A stretch of DNA of 64,000 nt from Candidatus Woesearchaeota archaeon (lineage in GTDB: Archaea > Nanobdellota > Nanobdellia > Pacearchaeales > GW2011-AR1), in the NCBI GenBank assembly GCA_964362915.1, contig CAYIGH010000001.1, positions 24,056 through 88,055 of the forward strand, in the 5' to 3' direction. Position 1 is the first letter of the stretch. Every line of letters starts with the position of its first letter. The notes beneath the pieces are model-generated. The model searched no databases. It was not told where the DNA came from and saw nothing but the letters and a program-made list of their open reading frames with translations. This document shows, piece by piece, positions 16,964-26,986 of the stretch. Position numbers and translations under genes: made by a program.

Positions 16964-17332
16964 TTAGCTTTTAGCCAAAGAGAAAACGGTTTTTAATGCT
17001 ACAATTATTGTTGCTGGAACGAATAATACAAGTAGTGCACCAAGGATTGAGGCCACTATACTGCCTATATTAATTCCCATTACTGCAGCACTTAGTACAA
17101 GTCCTTGAATACCTGCGAAGCTTACGATCACTAAAGAAACTGAGGCAAGAAGAAATGTTTGAACATCTTTTTCTGATACAAAAAAACCTACGACAACTCC
17201 CAGCAATGCTAAAATCCCTAAAATCATAGGATTGGTTTTTGCCCCGGCAAAAAAACCGATAAGAACAGCCAAGACGATTCCGAAGAGAAATGCCCAGGCA
17301 GCTATTAAATTCTCTCTGGCTCTAATTGGCAT
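16964..17332 (-). CDS. hypothetical small integral membrane protein (4 TM)
   Basis: 122 aa, almost entirely hydrophobic. Confidence 0.5.
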   Translation of the reverse strand: MPIRARENLIAAWAFLFGIVLAVLIGFFAGAKTNPMILGILALLGVVVGFFVSEKDVQTFLLASVSLVIVSFAGIQGLVLSAAVMGINIGSIVASILGALLVLFVPATIIVALKTVFSLAKS

Positions 17333-17455
17333 ATTCTTTTTCTCCTATTTATGTATTGATATAGGTGATATATAAATCTTTATTAGTTAAAGAAAATAAT
17401 ATATCTGCTGGAGAAACGAAAAGTTTATAAACTGCTGTAATTCACGAGTTATAAC

Positions 17456-19390
17456 ATGAAAATTAGATTTAATGTTTTAATGTTTACATTATTAACGATA
17501 TTTGGTATATTTTTTGCAGGAATTGCTAGTGCAGCTTTAGAATTAAAGACTGTTACTGTGCCGACAACTGTTTCTCATAATCAAGGGGCTATTCCTATTG
17601 TATTTAGTTTGAATAATACTGGAGCATTACAAACTGGACTTGAATGGACTGGCACGCCTAATATTGGAAGCTGGAATCTCGCATCCTTGCCAACAACAAT
17701 AAATGCTGGAGCGCAAATTCAATTTACTGTTATATTGACTATTCCTAAAAATAGTGCAGGAACAATCCAAGCAAACTTAAATGTTGAGAGCAATGAGGGT
17801 GAATCTGATAGTTTAAACCAGCCACTGTCAATAATAATTACTAGAGAGGCCACATTGTCTATCACTAAAACACAAGAATTAACTAGTGAAAGAGACGGTA
17901 TAATCAGCGTAGCTAATACTGGAAATGTACAATTAAGTAATATAGAATTATCTTCTTCAGGTGATTTTACAGTTTCATTTTCCCAGAATAATATAAATCT
18001 ACTTCCTGGAAATTCTTTAAATGTAAATGTTATCAGAGGAAATATAACTGACTTGAAATTCGGTGCAAATAGTGTTACAATAATTGCAAAGGATTTGAAT
18101 GAGAATGTCTCTTCTAATAGTGTTAGTTTTTCTATTGGCAGCGGTTTCTGTAAATCAGGCGAGAAAGGAGAGTTAAATATAAATGATGTTAATATTGAAA
18201 GTGATGGGGAAGATGAAGATGTTTGGAAACCATTAGATACAATTACGATTGATGTAGAAATTGAAAATGATGGTGATGAGGAAATTCAAGATGTTATTGT
18301 TAAGTTGGGCTTGTTTGATTCTAATGGAAATGACTTTGCTGATGATTTAGATTTTGAAAATGAAGATGAGGAAAAGATAGATTTAGGAGATTTGGATGAT
18401 GGCGATGAGGAAACAGTCACATTCAAATTCACAATCCCTGCAGACTTTGATGAAAAGGGAGACTTTAAGCTGGCAATAAAGGCATATAGTGATGATGAAG
18501 GAGAAAATCAGCAATGCACTGACAGATCTTCTGATTTGAGCGATAATTTATTTGAAGATATAGAAATTGAAAGAGAAGATGACGAAGGGAAACTTATAGC
18601 ATTTGATAATATAAAGGCAGAACCTAGCGAAGTTCTATGCGGAGACAGCGTAAAAATAACTACAGACGTATTTAATCTAGGTGATGATGAACAAGATCAA
18701 GTCAAAGTTAATTTGATAAATAATAAACTTGGTATAGACCTTTCTAGAGAGATTAAAGAAGATTTAAGTGAAGGTGATAAGAAAGAAGTAAATTTCGAAT
18801 TTATAATTCCTAAGACATCAACTGACGGCAGTTATACTTTTGATCTTTCTGCAGAATATGATTATAGAAGAGGAACTTATAGAGAGAGCAGTGATGATAC
18901 GACACCTGTTATATTAAAAGTATTTGGATGCGGCGCTATTACTGATGGCAGAGATAAGCAAGTGTCTATTGCTGCTTCTTTGGAGTCTGAAGCAAAGGCA
19001 GGACAGGAATTGGTTGTGAAGACAGTAATAACAAATCTTGGCGCAGACCAGAGGGATTTTGCTGTAACAGCAAGCGGATATGAAAATTGGGCTAAGCTAG
19101 ATTCTATTTCAGATAGACTAATTAACTTAAAAAGTGGAGAGAGCAAGGAGGTAATTGTTAGATTGAATGTTAATTCTGATGCTGAAGGAGAAAAATCATT
19201 TATTATGGAAGCCAGATCAGGCGATAAATTGGAAACCAGAGAAATCGCAGTTAATATTGAGTCAGGGCAAAGGCCTGGGCTTGGAGGCCTTAATCTGGGT
19301 GGAAATAGTTTGGTGTGGATCATTGGAATAATAAACGTTATTTTAATAATTTTAATAATTGTTGTTGCTGCGAGGATTTCTAAGAGATAA
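17456..19390 (+). CDS. secreted acidic surface protein with CARDB-like domains and a C-terminal TM anchor
   Basis: Signal peptide (MKIRFNVLMFTLLTIFGIFFAGIASA). Asp/Glu-rich blocks and CARDB-like beta-sandwich segments. C-terminus is GGLNLGGNSLVWIIGIINVILIILIIVVAARISKR. Confidence 0.6.
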   Translation: MKIRFNVLMFTLLTIFGIFFAGIASAALELKTVTVPTTVSHNQGAIPIVFSLNNTGALQTGLEWTGTPNIGSWNLASLPTTINAGAQIQFTVILTIPKNSAGTIQANLNVESNEGESDSLNQPLSIIITREATLSITKTQELTSERDGIISVANTGNVQLSNIELSSSGDFTVSFSQNNINLLPGNSLNVNVIRGNITDLKFGANSVTIIAKDLNENVSSNSVSFSIGSGFCKSGEKGELNINDVNIESDGEDEDVWKPLDTITIDVEIENDGDEEIQDVIVKLGLFDSNGNDFADDLDFENEDEEKIDLGDLDDGDEETVTFKFTIPADFDEKGDFKLAIKAYSDDEGENQQCTDRSSDLSDNLFEDIEIEREDDEGKLIAFDNIKAEPSEVLCGDSVKITTDVFNLGDDEQDQVKVNLINNKLGIDLSREIKEDLSEGDKKEVNFEFIIPKTSTDGSYTFDLSAEYDYRRGTYRESSDDTTPVILKVFGCGAITDGRDKQVSIAASLESEAKAGQELVVKTVITNLGADQRDFAVTASGYENWAKLDSISDRLINLKSGESKEVIVRLNVNSDAEGEKSFIMEARSGDKLETREIAVNIESGQRPGLGGLNLGGNSLVWIIGIINVILIILIIVVAARISKR

Positions 19391-19442
19391 ATGAAATTTA
19401 AATATAATGAAATGATAGTTAAAAATATGGAAAGAGAAGAAA

Positions 19443-19757
19443 TTGCAGACCTTTTTGCGAAGGCATCAAGCTGGCTGGAAAGAGGCGCTTAGAATAGATG
19501 GGGCTAAGACTTTTAAAAGAAAAGCTCTTGGTCTTTGTGGAATGCAAACAGTTAGAACTCTTGATGAGATGACGGAACTATTACAAGAGACAGGAGTAGC
19601 ATCCTCTTTAGAGGAAGGAGAAAAAATAATGCAATCTCTTAAGGGGAAAGAAGTATCATATGGTTTGTGCAAAGTACTTTCTTTTGATGAAGTTGAAGAT
19701 TCATCAGGAAAAAAGGCATATAGAATATTTGCTTATACTTACAGTTCTTTAACCTGA
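19443..19757 (+). CDS. hypothetical protein (start uncertain; possibly frameshifted against an upstream ORF at 19391-19492)
   Basis: 104-aa ORF. An adjacent short ORF in another frame starts MKFKYNEMIVKNMEREEIADLFAKASSWLERGA. Confidence 0.25.
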   Translation: MQTFLRRHQAGWKEALRIDGAKTFKRKALGLCGMQTVRTLDEMTELLQETGVASSLEEGEKIMQSLKGKEVSYGLCKVLSFDEVEDSSGKKAYRIFAYTYSSLT

Positions 19758-19944
19758 TTCAACAATTCTTTACTAATCTTCTACTATATGATTTATTTTT
19801 ATAAACTCGTCATTAATGATAACTAATGAACCAAATAATCTATTCCTTATATCTATCATATAGAAGCTTAGTACCTGAAACTTTTAAATGTTTCTTTAAT
19901 TAAATAATCAATAACTTCTTAAATATTGGATATTAATTAACCTG

Positions 19945-20466
19945 ATGAAAAGGGAACAGGCAGTTTATTTATTTATTAGATATAGTATTTTAGTTGCTTT
20001 GGGATTTGGATTGGAATTTGTTTATAGAATTTTTACTCCGCTAACTATTTATCCTGTTTACTGGATTTTAAACAGTTTATATGGGGCTGTTTTAGTTGAT
20101 AATGACGCAATAGTTATAAAGGGAGTTTTTATTGAGCTAATACCTGCGTGTATAGCTGGTTCTGCATATTATTTATTATTAATATTAAATTTGTCAACAC
20201 CTATGGATATTGGGAAGAGATTAAAGAATATAGTTTATCTTATTTTTAGTTTTCTATTATTAAACATTTTAAGAATATTGGCTATGATCTGGATATTTTT
20301 TGCATTGTATAATTATTTTAATGTAACACACAGAATTGTATGGTATATTGGGAGCACAATAATGGTAGTTGTAATATGGTTTATTGGAGTTTATATATTT
20401 AATATAAAAGAGATTCCTATATACAGCGATATAAAAAATATTATAAAGGATATTAAAAAAAGATAA
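19945..20466 (+). CDS. archaeosortase/exosortase-family-like polytopic membrane protein
   Basis: 173 aa, 5-6 TM. Cys in TM context IPACIAGSAYY (ACxG-like) and a conserved-looking NILRI Arg motif, similar to exosortase/archaeosortase active-site motifs. Confidence 0.4.
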   Translation: MKREQAVYLFIRYSILVALGFGLEFVYRIFTPLTIYPVYWILNSLYGAVLVDNDAIVIKGVFIELIPACIAGSAYYLLLILNLSTPMDIGKRLKNIVYLIFSFLLLNILRILAMIWIFFALYNYFNVTHRIVWYIGSTIMVVVIWFIGVYIFNIKEIPIYSDIKNIIKDIKKR

Positions 20467-20467
20467 T

Positions 20468-21103
20468 ATGGGAATTATAAGTTCAGTTGTAGATTTTGTA
20501 TTGCATATGGATAAGTATTTTGATATTATTATTCAGAATTATGGTGTTTTTACTTATCTCATAATTTTTTTAGTAATTTTTTTTGAGACAGGATTGGTTA
20601 TAACTCCCTTTCTTCCGGGCGACTCTTTAATTTTTATTGCAGGCACTTTTGCAGCGCGAGGATCTTTGAATGTTTTGTTATTATTCTTCTTGCTTTCTGC
20701 TGCCGCGATAGTTGGTGACAGTCTTAATTATTGGATAGGGAATTATATTGGCGAAAGGATATTTACACATAATAGATTTGTAAAGAAAGAATACTTAGAC
20801 AGGACTAAGGAATTTTATAAAAAACATGGGGGGAAGACTATAATTTTAGCAAGATTTATCCCAATTATAAGAACATTTGCTCCGTTTGTTGCTGGCATAG
20901 GAAGAATGGATTATACTAGATTTCTCGGCTTTAATGTTTTTGGCGGAATGATTTGGGTAGGAATATTTGTCTTTGGTGGATATTATTTCGGGCAGCTGCC
21001 TTTTGTTCAGGAAAATTTAACATGGATTATCCTTTTCATTATATTCCTTTCTATAGTACCTGCTATTCTTAAATATTTCAGGAATAAAAAGCTAAAGAAT
21101 TAA
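20468..21103 (+). CDS. DedA/SNARE-associated (TVP38/TMEM64) family membrane protein
   Basis: FETGLVITPFLPGDSLIFIAGTF...GRMDYTRFLGFNVFGGMIWV matches DedA core motifs. Confidence 0.75.
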   Translation: MGIISSVVDFVLHMDKYFDIIIQNYGVFTYLIIFLVIFFETGLVITPFLPGDSLIFIAGTFAARGSLNVLLLFFLLSAAAIVGDSLNYWIGNYIGERIFTHNRFVKKEYLDRTKEFYKKHGGKTIILARFIPIIRTFAPFVAGIGRMDYTRFLGFNVFGGMIWVGIFVFGGYYFGQLPFVQENLTWIILFIIFLSIVPAILKYFRNKKLKN

Positions 21104-21831
21104 TTTTTATCTGCTTCTCTTCTTAGTTTTGCATCTAATATTGATTGAACTTCAAATTTCTCTATTGCCTCTAAAATTTCGCAGTTTGCTACGTTGATAA
21201 CATAACAGTTTTCTTTATCATGAACAATTTCTGTTTTATCACCTGCTTGCAAAACTATCACAGTGTCTTCTTCTCCATGTGGGCTAGTGTCACATGTTGC
21301 ATATATCACATTGGCTTCTTTTGCCAAATCTTCAAAGGGCGCTGCACCAACGACATTTAATTGATTATCTGCTAAAAAAGAAGCTAATGTTCCTATTCCT
21401 ACTCTTGTATATTCACATTGAGTTAAATCTTCTGGATTAACACTTAGATATATAAAATTTGAATTAAAAAATTCTATTCCATTATCAACTACTTTGCCTG
21501 TTAGTGGAATATTATTTTTTCTCGGGTCATTTCTTATATAGAGGTTATATTTTATTTGCGGAGTTATATAGTAATAATAATGAAAAACTGGAATTTCACC
21601 GAATTTTTCTTTTGTGAATGTTAGCCCTTCATATTCAAATGTGTTAGTTTTTGAAAAGAAATAGCTTGATAAAAAGAAGATTCCAATAAGTATCGCCAGA
21701 GTTCCTAGTATCCAATACAACTGGTGATATTTTTTTCTAGATTCTGTTTTTTTCTCAATGTTCTTTTCTATTAATATAGATTCTTCCAGCTTGGGAACTG
21801 CTTTCTCTTTTTTATTAGTCTTTTTTACCAT
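21100..21831 (-). CDS. hypothetical membrane-anchored protein
   Basis: 243 aa. Single TM after a basic N-terminus, extracytoplasmic domain with Cys. Confidence 0.4.
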   Translation of the reverse strand: MVKKTNKKEKAVPKLEESILIEKNIEKKTESRKKYHQLYWILGTLAILIGIFFLSSYFFSKTNTFEYEGLTFTKEKFGEIPVFHYYYYITPQIKYNLYIRNDPRKNNIPLTGKVVDNGIEFFNSNFIYLSVNPEDLTQCEYTRVGIGTLASFLADNQLNVVGAAPFEDLAKEANVIYATCDTSPHGEEDTVIVLQAGDKTEIVHDKENCYVINVANCEILEAIEKFEVQSILDAKLRREADKN

Positions 21832-21871
21832 ATTTTCTATATATATAAATAGATTATAAATATTTGTATTT

Positions 21872-22423
21872 TTAAGGATTAAATAATTTGTATAAAAATG
21901 CGTCAGCTGTAGTCATATCCCCCTCTATAAATACACAATTCTCTTCCTGAAAAACTCTTTTCTCCAATGAATGACTCCATATTATTAGATTGTCTGTACA
22001 ATTTTTTTCAGGCAGGTTTTCTTCGCATTTTTCATAACAAGCTTTTTGCACTCTGGAAACCAGCCCTTGAAGATTTAAAGCGATTTCTCTAAATATTCCC
22101 TCATTTGATGAAACTATATAGAGAGGTTTTCCCTGATATATTGCAGGAGTATTAGAAATATTTACAGCTATGCTTTCTACGTCATTATATGTACTTATTA
22201 AACTTATGCTTGAACCTTGGTATTCAAAATTGATTTTATCTGCTGGAGATTTATCTTTTTGCTTTTGCCGCCCATTATTATCTGTAGCTTGCCCAGGATT
22301 GGAAAAAAAAGCAAATCCTAATGTACTTAAGACTAAAATTGATAACATAAATATACTTAAAATAGTTGTTCTGATCTTTCTTTTTCTTTCTATTTCGCTT
22401 TGCGTTTCTATTCTTCTTATCAT
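21872..22423 (-). CDS. hypothetical membrane-anchored protein
   Basis: 183 aa with an N-terminal TM helix. Confidence 0.4.
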   Translation of the reverse strand: MIRRIETQSEIERKRKIRTTILSIFMLSILVLSTLGFAFFSNPGQATDNNGRQKQKDKSPADKINFEYQGSSISLISTYNDVESIAVNISNTPAIYQGKPLYIVSSNEGIFREIALNLQGLVSRVQKACYEKCEENLPEKNCTDNLIIWSHSLEKRVFQEENCVFIEGDMTTADAFLYKLFNP

Positions 22424-22505
22424 GCAAAGAGGTATTTGTTTATATTTAAAAATTTATGTTAAAAAAAGAAAAAGGAAGAAAAAAATAAAATCCCTTTTTT
22501 TGTTT

Positions 22506-25238
22506 TTAAGCTGTTGTAGTCGTTAACTCTGCGCTTGTTGCTGAAGTACCTTTGTACTTCTTGCCAACATCTGTCATTACATTTGCTTGTGTTGTTAAGT
22601 ATTTAGCAGCGTTTGTTGTGTCACCAGCATTGTATCCTGCAACAAGGGTAGCAACTTTTCCTCCTGTTCTGGAGAAAGTTTCTATTAAGAATTGACCTGC
22701 ACCGATACCTGTCTTTGCAGTGAAATCAGCGCCGCATGTCCTTGTGGATACGCTCAGTAATTGAGCAGCTACTGTATTAACACAGCTTCCGCCAATAACA
22801 ACCAAGTTCTTGCCTGCGACAGAGGTTGCTTCCGCATCAGTTACAGAAACAGAGCCAAGTGAAGTAGCTCCTGAGCCCCCTCCTCCTGTGCTTGTAGTTG
22901 TAATCTCTGCAGTGTTTTCTGCTAGGTAAATATTGGCATATACCTGCTCATTTGGATAACTTATTGTTGCTTTGTACTGGTCAGAATCTCCTTGATCAAT
23001 AGTTGCAATTGTACCGAACAAGTCTGCTTCTTTAGTCATCTTGCTATTACTAGCAAGAGCAATAGCATCCCATGTTCCGTCAGCCTGCCATGTTCTTTTT
23101 ACATCGTCAACACCAATTCCGTCATTACTGTCTCCGCCACTCTCTAATGTAACAACAAGAGCCTGATATAGTGAATTGTCATCTTTTTCCTCAAAGACAA
23201 TAATTGCTGGTAGAAGCACATTAGCTCCTCCATCAGGATTTTTTAAGTATAGATTAGTTGCGTTTCTTGTATTATCTCCAGCACCTGTAATGTTAAATGT
23301 AAGCGCCCCTATAGTGCCTGAAACAGAATTTCTATTAGCAGTTGCTCCTAAAGTAGATAGGTTCAACTGAGTTGTTGTGCTACCGAATGTAATGTTAACT
23401 GCTATATTTGCCGCATTACCATCAAAATTTGCTGTTGGAGTAGTAAATGTTATATCGGTAAAACTATCTCCATCTGGAATCTTTATCGTAGTTAACGCAT
23501 TAGTGCCAACGTCTCCATCCCAGTCATTAAGCGAGATGTTAAGCAAGGGCTCGTAGAAAGCTAACTTTGCGCCGCCTTTTGTTTGTATTGTGGGGTACGC
23601 AACTGCAGCGCCTGTTCCAGAGCTATCAGGGTAATTTAATGTTACCCAATTATTAGCATCGGATGATGTTCCATTGTATTTAACATCGTAAACTTTTCCA
23701 CCTATACTGGCGGTTCCTACTCCATCTGATGTAACAGTAGTTTCAATAGTATCTCCAGAGAAGACATCTATAAAGGTTGCCTTATCTCCGCTAATACCTG
23801 CTGTGGTTGAATTTGTAATTCCACTTACTCTGATTAGCCTGCCATTCTCTTCGTTGCCAACAACGACATAATCGTCTTTGAATAGATTTTGTTTTTCAAG
23901 AACAGTTATATTATGCCCATCGCTGTCTCTTTGCAGTTCAACTTGACCTGGTGTAGTCCAGTTTTTAGCAAACTGAATTGAAGCAGTTTTGCCGTCCTTA
24001 TTTGTAAAGGTGACTTCCATTTTATCGTCCCCGTTATAACCCATCTTTATATCTTCTCTATTTGCTGTATCATCGTCCTTAATGGACAAGCCTGAAAAAT
24101 CAAGTTTAAAGGATCCGAATACAGGGTCTTTCATTGATGTTCCTGCAACGACAGCATCCTTATCACTGTTAGGCGCACGTATGCTAACTATTATTTTAGT
24201 AGCTGCTGTTGTTCCACCTGTAATGGTTGTTGATGTGCCGTCAACTACGGTGTCTTCTTCACCCATAGTTACCGAGCTTCCTTGTGTTGTTGATAACTTG
24301 ACTTTCTCTGCGCCTGCAATAACGCTTGCAGATAGCTTGAGATTTGTCTCGTCAGCATTTGTAATTGCTATTGTAACACCGTTTATTTTTTTAGAAGCGT
24401 TTTCACTTACTTCTTTTGTTTCTGACTTTCCTTCACTATCTGTAACTTTAACAGTTGCAGCAGTATCTGATGCAGAAACTAATTCAACAGTATATGTTTT
24501 ACCAGTGATTGTTACTTCTGCTGAAGGATCGTCGCTACTTAAAGCAACTTTTTCTGCAGTTTTTAACAAGACTAATTCTGTATCGCTTGTTGCAGAAGCG
24601 ATTGTAAACTTCTGTCCAAACATTGTTATATCCTGGCCCTCTGAATCAGCATGCGTTAAATTTACGGCTTTGCTGAATGTTAGAGATGCATTGTAGATAT
24701 AATTTGCTGTTGTTGTACTTGTAGTAATTAAAAACTGAGGGTCTAGATCGCTTGTTGGCTGTTTGCCAGCATAGGTTATCTGAGGATTGAACCCTAGCTC
24801 AATTGTTTGTGTATAACTCGAGTCTACATTTCCTGAAAAACTACCATCTTTTAAGACAGTTGGAAGATCAGTTTTAGTCACAACAGATTTTACTGTATTT
24901 AATGTGTCATTAATGAAGAGTTTTGTCCCTCCAGAAAACAATGGAGCCGCTTCTCCTGTTACTGAAGTAGATGTTCCTGTGCCTCCGCCTTTTGCTGTAG
25001 CTTCAGCTAACTTAGTAGATAAATAACTACTAATATCTGTTACAGCAACAAGGTCAGTATATGCGGCATTTGCGCCGCCATGAACGATGGCAACATCAGC
25101 TGCACCTCCAGCTACGAATGGTGCTGGAAAGTTTGCTGCGGCAGCCAAAGCTACTGTAGAACTTAACATTGCAGTACTAGCAAGAACTGAACCTATTTTT
25201 TTGAATGAAAATCTCATTTTTTTTAAACCTCCTTTCAT
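22506..25238 (-). CDS. S-layer-like secreted surface protein (Thr/Ser/Gly/Ala-rich)
   Basis: 910 aa. Signal peptide MRFSFKKIGSVLASTAMLSSTVALAAAA. Low-complexity T/S/G-rich beta-rich sequence with many NxT/S sequons. Confidence 0.55.
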   Translation of the reverse strand: MKGGLKKMRFSFKKIGSVLASTAMLSSTVALAAAANFPAPFVAGGAADVAIVHGGANAAYTDLVAVTDISSYLSTKLAEATAKGGGTGTSTSVTGEAAPLFSGGTKLFINDTLNTVKSVVTKTDLPTVLKDGSFSGNVDSSYTQTIELGFNPQITYAGKQPTSDLDPQFLITTSTTTANYIYNASLTFSKAVNLTHADSEGQDITMFGQKFTIASATSDTELVLLKTAEKVALSSDDPSAEVTITGKTYTVELVSASDTAATVKVTDSEGKSETKEVSENASKKINGVTIAITNADETNLKLSASVIAGAEKVKLSTTQGSSVTMGEEDTVVDGTSTTITGGTTAATKIIVSIRAPNSDKDAVVAGTSMKDPVFGSFKLDFSGLSIKDDDTANREDIKMGYNGDDKMEVTFTNKDGKTASIQFAKNWTTPGQVELQRDSDGHNITVLEKQNLFKDDYVVVGNEENGRLIRVSGITNSTTAGISGDKATFIDVFSGDTIETTVTSDGVGTASIGGKVYDVKYNGTSSDANNWVTLNYPDSSGTGAAVAYPTIQTKGGAKLAFYEPLLNISLNDWDGDVGTNALTTIKIPDGDSFTDITFTTPTANFDGNAANIAVNITFGSTTTQLNLSTLGATANRNSVSGTIGALTFNITGAGDNTRNATNLYLKNPDGGANVLLPAIIVFEEKDDNSLYQALVVTLESGGDSNDGIGVDDVKRTWQADGTWDAIALASNSKMTKEADLFGTIATIDQGDSDQYKATISYPNEQVYANIYLAENTAEITTTSTGGGGSGATSLGSVSVTDAEATSVAGKNLVVIGGSCVNTVAAQLLSVSTRTCGADFTAKTGIGAGQFLIETFSRTGGKVATLVAGYNAGDTTNAAKYLTTQANVMTDVGKKYKGTSATSAELTTTTA

Positions 25239-25482
25239 CTTATTCTTCTTAGCGGCTTTTAGCCCCTCTTTGAGGAGATTGCACTTTTAATTAGCAATCT
25301 GCTATTTAAACTGAATTGAATGGAGAAAACTTATTTGATTTAAAAAGCTTTCTATTATTTTAAACTAGTTGAATGAAAAACACTCTTAGGACAGTTATTT
25401 ATTTATAAAGGTTGTGGTGTTACTATAACTTACAACAAGTTAATCTTTCTCTATAATATTTATTTTCCATCTTTAAATTTAG

Positions 25483-25583
25483 ATATGGGTTATTTTAAAA
25501 CCTATATTATAGATTAATTTATTATAGAAAACTATTTATATAGCGGTTCTCTATCAATATGGGTTATTTTAAAACCTATATTA
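25483..25583. repeat. Two direct copies of a 27-nt element ATATGGGTTATTTTAAAACCTATATTA (25483-25509 and 25557-25583), 74 nt apart, upstream of the regulator gene
   Basis: Exact duplication read directly. The second copy abuts the ATG of the 25587 ORF. Confidence 0.8.
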
Positions 25584-25586
25584 AAG

Positions 25587-25946
25587 ATGGCGCACAAATC
25601 AAAGACAAGGGAAATAACTATCGTCGAGAATGAAGGCGCTTTTAGTTTATTTTTCAAAAAATTCTCTGGAGAAAAAAAGGAATATGATTTTGAAGGTATT
25701 TCTGCTTTAAGAAGATTATTGTCAAATGAAAAAGCTCGATTGCTTCATACTATTAAGACTGAAAAACCTTTGTCTATTTATGAATTGGCTAAAATTTTGA
25801 ATAGGGATATAAAAGCGGTAAAAAAAGATATAAAACTTATGGAAAGATTTGGATTTATTGATTTAATTTATGAAAAAAAAGGCAAAAGAGAAAGACTTAG
25901 GCCCATAATTGTGGTTGATTCTATTTACATTAATCTAAAGATTTAA
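25587..25946 (+). CDS. putative winged-HTH transcriptional regulator
   Basis: 119 aa. LSIYELAKILNRDIKAVKKDIKLMERFGFIDL is an HTH-like segment. Confidence 0.45.
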   Translation: MAHKSKTREITIVENEGAFSLFFKKFSGEKKEYDFEGISALRRLLSNEKARLLHTIKTEKPLSIYELAKILNRDIKAVKKDIKLMERFGFIDLIYEKKGKRERLRPIIVVDSIYINLKI

Positions 25947-25952
25947 TTATAT

Positions 25953-26462
25953 TTATCCATAGCAAAGCTTTAATGTGGCAGAGATAGTTCCTGGATAGGC
26001 AGGTATTAATATTTCAGCTCCTCTTGCTGAATAAGAGCAATCGCCTTGATATATAATTATTATTTCTTTTGATATTGTATTTGTTGAATATATTGATTTA
26101 AATTCATATCCTTTGATATTAGCTTGCTCATTTACAAGAAAGCTCTTAGTTATAACATTGTTAAATGTCTTGTTTAATACTATGCATGGGTCTTCTCCTG
26201 AGATACACAAAGAAAGTCCGTTATTGCATTCTTTAATAAGTTCGTTTAATTTTAGATAGTTCGGTTCATAGGAAATAGAGCAGGAAGTTGTTAATTCCAT
26301 TGCACTTTCTAAAAATTGATGAATGTCTTTACTTTCTTGCACTAATGTATTATTGCCTCTGATTGAAAATCCCAGTATAATTGCTCCTACAATAGCAATT
26401 ATTACTACTATAAAAACGAATCCTACCATTTCTTCTTGGGCTTTTTTAAATTTTATTTTCAT
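25953..26462 (-). CDS. class III signal peptide (pilin-like) protein 4
   Basis: N-terminus MKIKFKKAQEEMVGFVFIVVIIAIVGAIILGF. Overlaps the upstream gene by 4 nt. Confidence 0.55.
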   Translation of the reverse strand: MKIKFKKAQEEMVGFVFIVVIIAIVGAIILGFSIRGNNTLVQESKDIHQFLESAMELTTSCSISYEPNYLKLNELIKECNNGLSLCISGEDPCIVLNKTFNNVITKSFLVNEQANIKGYEFKSIYSTNTISKEIIIIYQGDCSYSARGAEILIPAYPGTISATLKLCYG

Positions 26463-26986
26463 TTATCTATATTTTTGCCTGAGGCATAAATTCTGCCTAG
26501 TTCGCACTTTGTATATCCTCCCTTTTCTCTAGTCCAATAACAAATAGTAACAAAGGCACTCTTAGGAGAACCTATTTCTTCATTTTTAATTAAGGTTATT
26601 GTTTTACAATTTGGATAATTTGCTTTATCACATTCGTTTTTTTCTTCTGAATAAACATTTTCTATTTGAAGGAAATCTAGATTCCAAAACTCGTCATATG
26701 ATCTTCTCTCTTTTAATGAGAATGCTTTGTCTAAATCTATGCAATTAGAACATGTATGTGTTGTTAATACAAATTCAGGGGTTGATGCTAGTTTTCGTAC
26801 AGCCTCTAAAGCTTCTTCATCCTGCAAAGAAGAGGCTGTTTTTCTAATGTTCGATAAACTTATAGAAAAATAGAATAAAGCAACTATGGCTAAAAATATA
26901 ATTAAAGCAACTAAAACAAACGCCATCTGCTGTATTTTAAGCTGGGCTTTTTTATTATTAAAATAGCTTACATGAAAGTGCTTCAT
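26459..26986 (-). CDS. class III signal peptide (pilin-like) protein 3
   Basis: N-terminus ...NNKKAQLKIQQMAFVLVALIIFLAIVALF. Overlaps the upstream gene. Confidence 0.5.
   Translation of the reverse strand: MKHFHVSYFNNKKAQLKIQQMAFVLVALIIFLAIVALFYFSISLSNIRKTASSLQDEEALEAVRKLASTPEFVLTTHTCSNCIDLDKAFSLKERRSYDEFWNLDFLQIENVYSEEKNECDKANYPNCKTITLIKNEEIGSPKSAFVTICYWTREKGGYTKCELGRIYASGKNIDK

Noticed and set aside
23176-24696. Plus-strand ORFs inside the 910-aa S-layer-like gene
   Set aside because: They are antisense to a long confident ORF, and their composition mirrors the T/S/A-rich sense strand.
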